Below are positions 57,892-64,000 of a DNA stretch of 64,000 nt, piece after piece (within the stretch, counting starts at the first letter, position 1; each line of letters begins with the position of its first letter). The translations under genes and the position numbers were made by a program. Below the pieces are notes generated by a model. It saw only the letters and a list, made by a program, of their open reading frames with translations. It had not been told where the DNA came from and searched no databases. Source of the stretch: Candidatus Avoscillospira avistercoris (lineage in GTDB: Bacteria; Bacillota; Clostridia; Oscillospirales; Oscillospiraceae); contig DVJJ01000078.1 of assembly GCA_018716875.1 (NCBI GenBank), forward strand, positions 1,275 through 65,274. The letters run 5' to 3'.

Positions 57892-58704
57892 ATGGAGACC
57901 CCAAGCTACTATCTGCCCGGCGTGGTGCAGACAAAAAGCGAGGCCATGGAGGATTTTCAAGGCCCCCTGGACGTGATTTTCCTGCTGCTGAGCAAACACA
58001 AAATTGAAATCAGCAATGTGAGCATCTCCCAAATTCTGGAGCAGTATTTGGCCTACCTGGACGAGCAGAAACGCATGGATATGGAGATTGCCAGCGAATT
58101 TATCGCCATGGCATCCCATCTCATGCTTATCAAAACGAAAATGCTCCTGTCGGTGACGGAGCAGGCCGAAGCCCAGTCGGAAATGGAGCTGCTGATTCAC
58201 TCTCTGGAGGAGCGGCAGCGGGCGGCGGCCTATGAGCAAGTTCGCATGGCCGCGTCCTTTCTGGCGGAGCGCAACGAAATCGGCTGTAACCTCTTTGTCA
58301 AGGAGCCGGAGCCGCTGCGGCGGGACAAGACGTACCAATACCGCCATGACCCGTCGGATTTGGTGGCGGCCTGGGCGGCCCTGGCCGAACGCAGCGCCGC
58401 CGGTCTGGCATCGCCCACCCATCCCTTTGCCGCCATCGTGGGAGCGGAACCGTTCCCGGTGGTGACGAAAGCGGCCCACATTCTGCGGCGATTGCTGCAA
58501 GTGGGCGTGGGCAAATTCCGCAGCCTGTTTCGCGGCTGCAAAAACCGGTCGGAGGTGGTGGCCACCTTTCTGGCGGTGCTGGAGCTGTGCAAGCTCTGTT
58601 CCGTCCGGGTGGTATCCGACGGCGGCGGCGACGCCGATGTGACCTTTCTTCAAATGCCCCAGGGAACCGTGGACGGACAGCCCTTCGGCAGCTCTGAGGA
58701 ATAG
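57892..58704 (+). CDS. scpA: Segregation/condensation protein A
   Basis: FQGPLD, SEFIAMASHL..IK, TFLAVLEL. Confidence 0.93.
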   Translation: METPSYYLPGVVQTKSEAMEDFQGPLDVIFLLLSKHKIEISNVSISQILEQYLAYLDEQKRMDMEIASEFIAMASHLMLIKTKMLLSVTEQAEAQSEMELLIHSLEERQRAAAYEQVRMAASFLAERNEIGCNLFVKEPEPLRRDKTYQYRHDPSDLVAAWAALAERSAAGLASPTHPFAAIVGAEPFPVVTKAAHILRRLLQVGVGKFRSLFRGCKNRSEVVATFLAVLELCKLCSVRVVSDGGGDADVTFLQMPQGTVDGQPFGSSEE

Positions 58705-58715
58705 AGGAGGCCAAA

Positions 58716-59294
58716 ATGGAACAAACTGCAATTGAACGGGCTGTGGCGGCCATTCTGTTCGCCGCCGGTGAGCCGGTGGGTGCGTCGCGCATGGCCATGG
58801 CGGCGGGGGTGTCGGAGGAGGAAATCCACACGGCGGTCCAATCCCTGATGAGCCGGTGGAATTATGAGCGCTTTGGTATCCGCATTGTCCAGCTGGACGA
58901 TGCCTACCAGATGTGCTCCTCCGGCGAGATGGCCGACGTGGTGACGAAGGCTCTGGAAACCCGCAAGCCGCCCCGGCTGTCTCCGGCCCAGCTGGAGGCC
59001 CTGACCATTGTGGCCTACTACCAGCCGGTGACAAAAGCCTATATTGAGCAGCTGCGGGGGGTGGACAGCAGCTACGCCGTCAGCGCCCTGCTGAGCAAGC
59101 AGCTGATCACCGAGGCCGGACGGCTCAATGTGCCGGGCAGACCCATTCTCTATGAGACGACGCCGGTGTTTCTGCGGACCTTCGGCCTGACCAGTCTGGA
59201 GGAGCTGCCGCCCATTGAAAAGGCGGACATCCATATCCCGGAGGGCCAGCAGTTGCAGCTGCCGGAGGTATCGAAGGAGGAGGGAACCGTATGA
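58716..59294 (+). CDS. scpB: SMC-Scp complex subunit ScpB
   Basis: LS.AQLEAL.IVAY.QP, RGVDS, PGRPILY.TT..FL..FGL. Confidence 0.95.
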   Translation: MEQTAIERAVAAILFAAGEPVGASRMAMAAGVSEEEIHTAVQSLMSRWNYERFGIRIVQLDDAYQMCSSGEMADVVTKALETRKPPRLSPAQLEALTIVAYYQPVTKAYIEQLRGVDSSYAVSALLSKQLITEAGRLNVPGRPILYETTPVFLRTFGLTSLEELPPIEKADIHIPEGQQLQLPEVSKEEGTV

Positions 59295-59890
59295 TCGCTG
59301 CCGTGACCGCGGCCCTGGTGCTGCTGATTCTGGCGCTGCCCCTGGGCGTGTGGTTCCGGTACGACGACGGGACGCTGGAAGCGGCGGCCAGCGTGGGACC
59401 GGTGACGGTGTTCCGCTACCCCATGGAGCCTCGGCGGCAAAAGCCGAAAAAGCCGCCCAAACCGAAAAAGGCGCGGCGGAAAGACCCCGACCAGCCGCCC
59501 GAACCAAAGAAGAAAGGGAAGTTTCCCTGGAAGCTGCTCAAACCCCTGCTGTCCATTTTGATGGATTTGCTGGGGAAGATGCGGCGAAAGTTCCTGGTTT
59601 CGGAGCTGTATCTCTGCGTCCGATGCGGCGGCAAAGACGCGGCCCATACGGCCTTACAGTATGGAAAGGCGTGGGCCTTGATCGGCTCCCTGGACCCGGT
59701 GCTTCACAACTGCTTCCGCATTGCCAACCGGCAGGCGGAGGTGCTCTGCGATTACCATTCCGACCGCCTCCGGCTGCTGCTGGAGATGCGTGTCACCCTG
59801 CGGGTGGGCACAGCATTGTGGCTGGGCCTGCAGGCGCTGTGCCGCCTGATTCCCGTGTTCCTACAATATAAGAAAAAGGCGGTGCAGTAA
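59291..59890 (+). CDS. DUF2953/YtfI-like sporulation protein
   Basis: DAAHTALQYG motif; directly upstream of ytfJ. Confidence 0.8.
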   Translation: MIAAVTAALVLLILALPLGVWFRYDDGTLEAAASVGPVTVFRYPMEPRRQKPKKPPKPKKARRKDPDQPPEPKKKGKFPWKLLKPLLSILMDLLGKMRRKFLVSELYLCVRCGGKDAAHTALQYGKAWALIGSLDPVLHNCFRIANRQAEVLCDYHSDRLRLLLEMRVTLRVGTALWLGLQALCRLIPVFLQYKKKAVQ

Positions 59891-59891
59891 T

Positions 59892-60305
59892 ATGAGTCAT
59901 CCTCTTTCCGACATGATGGGCGTCAATATGGAAAAAATCCGCTCCATGGTGGATACCAATTCCGTCATCGGTGAGCCCATTACCACGCCCGACGGCGTGA
60001 CCATTATCCCCGTGTCCAAGGTGTCCTTTGGATTTGCCAGCGGCGGCAGCGATTATGTGTCCAAGCACACCTCCGCCGACGGTACCAACCCCTTTGGCGG
60101 CGGCGCCGGCGCCGGTGTCACCATTCAGCCCGTGTCCTTTATCGTCATCAAGGGCGAATCGGTGCGGATGCTGCCGGTGGTGGCTCCCGCGGCGTCCTCT
60201 CTGGACCGTATCATTGAATTGCTGCCGGATCTCACCGACAAGCTTTCCGAACTGCTGAAAAAGGACAAAAAACCGAAAGACATCGACGAGACCGGCGAAT
60301 TTTAA
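59892..60305 (+). CDS. ytfJ: GerW/YtfJ sporulation protein
   Basis: VIGEPI, IIPVSKVSFGFASGG, FGGGAGAG. Confidence 0.93.
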   Translation: MSHPLSDMMGVNMEKIRSMVDTNSVIGEPITTPDGVTIIPVSKVSFGFASGGSDYVSKHTSADGTNPFGGGAGAGVTIQPVSFIVIKGESVRMLPVVAPAASSLDRIIELLPDLTDKLSELLKKDKKPKDIDETGEF

Positions 60306-60353
60306 CAGGCATACTCCATCTCCGGCGGTGCATACTGTTACCGGTGATGAACG

Positions 60354-61445
60354 ATGAAACAACGGATGCAGTGGGCGGCGGCAATTTTCCTGTCCGCCGC
60401 CCTTTTGCTGAGCACCACGGCGTCCGCCGTGGGTACGCTTTCGGCCCATAGCGCCATTCTGATGGACGCGGCCACGGGTCAGGTCCTCTATGAGAAGAAC
60501 AGCCACGAAAAAAGCCTCATTGCCAGCACCACGAAAATTATGACGGGGCTGCTGGCGGCGGAGTCGGGACGGCTTTCGGAAACCGTAATCATTCCACCCG
60601 AGGCCGTGGGCATCGAGGGGTCCTCCCTGTATCTCAAGGCCGGGGAACGGCTGACCGTGGAGCAGCTGCTCTACGGTCTTATGCTCCATTCGGGCAACGA
60701 CGCCGCTGTGGCTCTGGCCCTCCATCTGTCCGGCAATGTGGAGGACTTTGTGGACCGGATGAACGAAAAGGCCGCGGAACTGGGGCTGACGGAAACCCAT
60801 TTTGCCAATCCCAACGGTCTCGATGACGAGGGCAACTATGGAACGGCCCACGACCTGGCGGTGCTGGCGGCGGCGGCCTTGGAAAACGAGGTGTTCCGGC
60901 AGGTGGTCTCCACCAAAACGTATACCGTGGGCCAGCGGCAGTTGACCAACCACAACAAGCTATTGTGGCGGTATGAGGGAGCCATGGGTGTCAAAACCGG
61001 CTTTACCAAGGCCGCCGGACGACTGCTGGTCAGCGCGGCGGAACGGCAGGGGCGGCGGCTCATTGCCGTCACCATCAACGCCCCCGACGATTGGAACGAC
61101 CACAGCAAGCTGCTGGACGACGGTTTTTCCCGTCTGACGGCCCATACGGCCCTGACGGACGGCACGCTGCTGGGCAGCGTCCCCATCGTCGGCGGCACGG
61201 CGGAAACCGTAACCTGCCGCGTTCGGGGCGACTTGTCCTGTGCGCTGCTGCCGGAGGAAACGCCCACGGTTACCATCTGTCTGCCCCGAATGGCCTTTGC
61301 GCCGGTCCGGGCAGGAGATACGGCGGGCTGGGTGGAGCTCCGGGTGGGGGAGGCCGTTCTGGCCCGGACGGAACTGATCTACGACACGGCGGCGGTGCTG
61401 CCGGACAAGCCGCAATCCTTTTTGGAGCGGCTTTTGAAAGGGTAG
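60354..61445 (+). CDS. dacB: D-Ala-D-Ala carboxypeptidase (S11, DacB-like)
   Basis: ASTTK (SxxK), SGN, KTG; signal peptide; GCATAC..CATACT sigmaE-like sequence upstream. Confidence 0.88.
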   Translation: MKQRMQWAAAIFLSAALLLSTTASAVGTLSAHSAILMDAATGQVLYEKNSHEKSLIASTTKIMTGLLAAESGRLSETVIIPPEAVGIEGSSLYLKAGERLTVEQLLYGLMLHSGNDAAVALALHLSGNVEDFVDRMNEKAAELGLTETHFANPNGLDDEGNYGTAHDLAVLAAAALENEVFRQVVSTKTYTVGQRQLTNHNKLLWRYEGAMGVKTGFTKAAGRLLVSAAERQGRRLIAVTINAPDDWNDHSKLLDDGFSRLTAHTALTDGTLLGSVPIVGGTAETVTCRVRGDLSCALLPEETPTVTICLPRMAFAPVRAGDTAGWVELRVGEAVLARTELIYDTAAVLPDKPQSFLERLLKG

Positions 61446-61454
61446 GAATCCAAT

Positions 61455-62165
61455 ATGGAAGAACAACGACTGCAAAAGGTGCTGTCGGTCCACGGCGTCG
61501 CGTCCCGTCGGCAGGCTGAACAGATGATCACCGAGGGCCGGGTCCGGGTCAACGGCAATACGGCCCAATTGGGGGACAAGGTGACGGAAACCGACGTCAT
61601 CGAGGTGGACGGCGCAGTTTTGCGCCGTGCGCCCCGTCCCGTGTACATCATGCTGCATAAACCCCGTGGGTATGTGACCACCTGCAAGGACGAACAGGGA
61701 CGGCGCGACGTGACGGAGCTGGTCCGGGACTGTCCGGAACGGGTCTACCCTGTGGGGCGGCTCGATTTGAACTCCGAGGGGCTGCTGCTGCTGACCAACG
61801 ACGGCGCGTTAGCCAACCGGCTGATGCACCCGTCGGGACAGGTGGAAAAGATCTATCTCTGCTGGGTCACCGGTTACAAAGCCGGGGCCGAGGACAAGCT
61901 GCGGGGGCCCCTGGAGCTGGATGGCCGCCCGCTGAATCCGGCACGGGTGGTGCTGCGGCGGGTCAACGAGGACCAGGCCATGCTGGAGGTGGGTATCACC
62001 GAGGGCCGCAACCGGCAGGTCCGCCGTATGTGCGAACTGGCGGGGCTCCATGTGACGCGGCTCAAGCGTATTGGTGAAGGACAGCTGCGGCTGGACCGGC
62101 TGCCTGTGGGCCAGTGGCGGTACCTGACCGACGAGGAGGTATCGTATCTTCACAGTCTGCTGTGA
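61455..62165 (+). CDS. rluB: RluB-like pseudouridine synthase
   Basis: S4 domain RLQK..SRR, VGRLD..SEGLLLLTNDG, EGRNRQVRRM. Confidence 0.9.
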   Translation: MEEQRLQKVLSVHGVASRRQAEQMITEGRVRVNGNTAQLGDKVTETDVIEVDGAVLRRAPRPVYIMLHKPRGYVTTCKDEQGRRDVTELVRDCPERVYPVGRLDLNSEGLLLLTNDGALANRLMHPSGQVEKIYLCWVTGYKAGAEDKLRGPLELDGRPLNPARVVLRRVNEDQAMLEVGITEGRNRQVRRMCELAGLHVTRLKRIGEGQLRLDRLPVGQWRYLTDEEVSYLHSLL

Positions 62166-62244
62166 AGTTTTTCTTGCAAATTTTCGGGAAACCCCGTATC
62201 ATACAGTAAAATACAGAAGTAATCCGGAAAGGGGATGGTACAAC

Positions 62245-63108
62245 ATGGCAACGGATATCCTTTCCAAAATTCAAAAGGATTTGCCCACCTTTTCCAAGGG
62301 ACAGCGGCGAATTTCAGAATACATCATGGAGTCCTACGACAAGGCCGCTTTTATGACGGCCAGCCGTCTGGGCAAGACTGTGGGCGTCAGTGAGTCCACA
62401 GTGGTGCGCTTTGCCGTGGAACTGGGCTATAACGGCTACCCGGCCATGCAGAAGGCCATGCAGGAGATGGTCCGCAACAAGCTGACGTCGGTGCAGCGTA
62501 TGGGCGTCATCAACGATTTGCTGGGCAATCAGGATGTGGTGTCCATGGTGCTCCAGTCGGACATGGAGACGCTGCGGATGACCGGGGAAGCGCTGGACCG
62601 GCAGGTGTTCGACCAGGTGGTGGAGCGGATGATGTCCGCCCGGACCATCTATATCATCGGCGTCCGGTCCTCCATGGCTTTAGCCACCTTCCTCAATTTC
62701 CACCTTCGCAATATGCTCCACCATGTGCGGCTGGTGGAGCCCTATTCCATCAGTGAAATGCTGGAGCAGTTGGTCCATGTAGGCCCCCAGGACGTGGTCA
62801 TCAGCATCAGCTTTCCCCGGTATTCCAGCCGCACCATCAAGGCCATGGATTTTTGCCGCAAGGCCGGGGCCACGGTGGTGGCCATCACCGACACCCCGGA
62901 GGCGCCGGGCGCACGGGTGTCCACCCATGTGCTGCTGGCAAAGAGCGATATGGTGTCCATCGTGGACTCCCTGGTGGCGCCCATGAGCGTTATCAACGCC
63001 CTGATTGTATCGGTGGGCCGCAAGAATGAAAACGACCTATCCCGGACCTATGAGGAGCTGGAACAGATTTGGGAAGAGTACGAAGCCTATGAACGAATGG
63101 AAAACTGA
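62245..63108 (+). CDS. MurR/RpiR-family transcriptional regulator
   Basis: VSESTVVRFA..LGY.GY HTH plus SIS domain ISFPRYS. Confidence 0.92.
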   Translation: MATDILSKIQKDLPTFSKGQRRISEYIMESYDKAAFMTASRLGKTVGVSESTVVRFAVELGYNGYPAMQKAMQEMVRNKLTSVQRMGVINDLLGNQDVVSMVLQSDMETLRMTGEALDRQVFDQVVERMMSARTIYIIGVRSSMALATFLNFHLRNMLHHVRLVEPYSISEMLEQLVHVGPQDVVISISFPRYSSRTIKAMDFCRKAGATVVAITDTPEAPGARVSTHVLLAKSDMVSIVDSLVAPMSVINALIVSVGRKNENDLSRTYEELEQIWEEYEAYERMEN

Positions 63109-64000
63109 TGTCCTGGTGGTGGGCGCCGGGGCCGCCGGGATGATGGCCGCCGGTACGGCGGCGGAATTGGGGGCCAGGGTGGTGCTTTTGGAGCACAACG
63201 ACCGGCTGGGCAAAAAACTGTACATCACCGGCAAGGGCCGCTGCAACGTCACCAACTGCTGCTCGCCCCAGGAGGTTTTGCAGAACGTCCCCCGTAACAG
63301 CCGCTTTCTCTACAGCGCCATGGAAGCCTTCCCGCCGGAGGAGGTCATGGCCTTTTTTGAGGGATTGGGGTGCCGTCTCAAGGTGGAGCGGGGCAACCGG
63401 GTATTTCCCGAAAGCGACAAGGCCGCGTCGGTCATCGACGCCCTGCGGGCATACTTGAAGCGTACCGGCGTCCGGGTGGTGACGGCCCACGTCCAATCGC
63501 TGCAAACGGCGGACGGCGCGGTGACCGGTGTAGTCACCGACCAGGGAACGTATGAAGCCCGCAGCGTCATTCTCTGTACCGGTGGCTGCTCCTATCCGCT
63601 GACCGGCTCCACCGGCGACGGTTACGACATGGCCGCCGCCGTGGGCCATACCATTGTGGAGCCGCGCGGCTCCCTGGTGCCTTTGGAGGTGGCCGAAGCC
63701 GACGAGTGCCGGGCCATGATGGGATTGAGCCTGCGCAATGTGGCCGTCCGTATGAAAAATCAGAAAGGGAAGGTGGCCTTCGAGGATTTCGGAGAGCTGC
63801 TGTTTACCCATTTCGGCGTTTCCGGCCCCACGATTCTGTCGGCCAGCGCCCATCGGAAGGAAAAGGACTCCTATACCATTGAAATCGATTTGAAACCGGC
63901 GCTGGACGAGAAAAAGCTGGATGAACGCATTCTGCGGGATTTTGAGAAGTATCAGAACCGGGATTTTGAAAACGCCCTGGGGGATTTGCTGCCCAGCAGC
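63089..64000 (+). CDS. HI0933/YhiN/BaiN-family flavoprotein (3' truncated by the window)
   Basis: Manual translation MNEWKTDVLVVGAGAAGMMAA..LGKKLYITGKGRCNVTN..GRVFP-like, GELLFTHFGVSGP. Confidence 0.9.
   Translation, partial: MNEWKTDVLVVGAGAAGMMAAGTAAELGARVVLLEHNDRLGKKLYITGKGRCNVTNCCSPQEVLQNVPRNSRFLYSAMEAFPPEEVMAFFEGLGCRLKVERGNRVFPESDKAASVIDALRAYLKRTGVRVVTAHVQSLQTADGAVTGVVTDQGTYEARSVILCTGGCSYPLTGSTGDGYDMAAAVGHTIVEPRGSLVPLEVAEADECRAMMGLSLRNVAVRMKNQKGKVAFEDFGELLFTHFGVSGPTILSASAHRKEKDSYTIEIDLKPALDEKKLDERILRDFEKYQNRDFENALGDLLPSS

Overview
GC-rich (~60% by eye) chromosomal window from a spore-forming Clostridia/Oscillospiraceae-like bacterium; the taxon is inferred from gene content. It is mostly housekeeping: an EF-G paralog, trmO, tRNA-Arg(CCG), malic enzyme, tex, ECF and ABC transporters, mgtA, nfnAB, rplU-prp-rpmA-obgE, rsmA, T-box-thrS, rplS-lepB-rbgA-rnhB-yraN-thrC, tig-clpP-clpX-lon-engB and scpAB-ytfIJ-dacB-rluB. 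I found no transposase, integrase, prophage, CRISPR or defence genes. The unexplained signal is non-coding. (1) A ~200-nt modular multi-hairpin repeat (family I) occurs in 5 copies plus an end-derived palindrome. It shows compensatory base changes and TGCG tetraloops, and its end often coincides with a neighbouring gene's TAA stop. (2) A 127-nt rod-like element (family II) occurs twice, differing at 5 positions. Each copy is closed by a different, unrelated 17-bp inverted repeat; one sits in the thrC leader and one is nested inside a family I copy. Other oddities: a catalytically degenerate P1B-ATPase-like protein, an in-frame TAG in an ECF S-component gene, and an mgtA leader ORF with a receiver-less OmpR-type regulator upstream.
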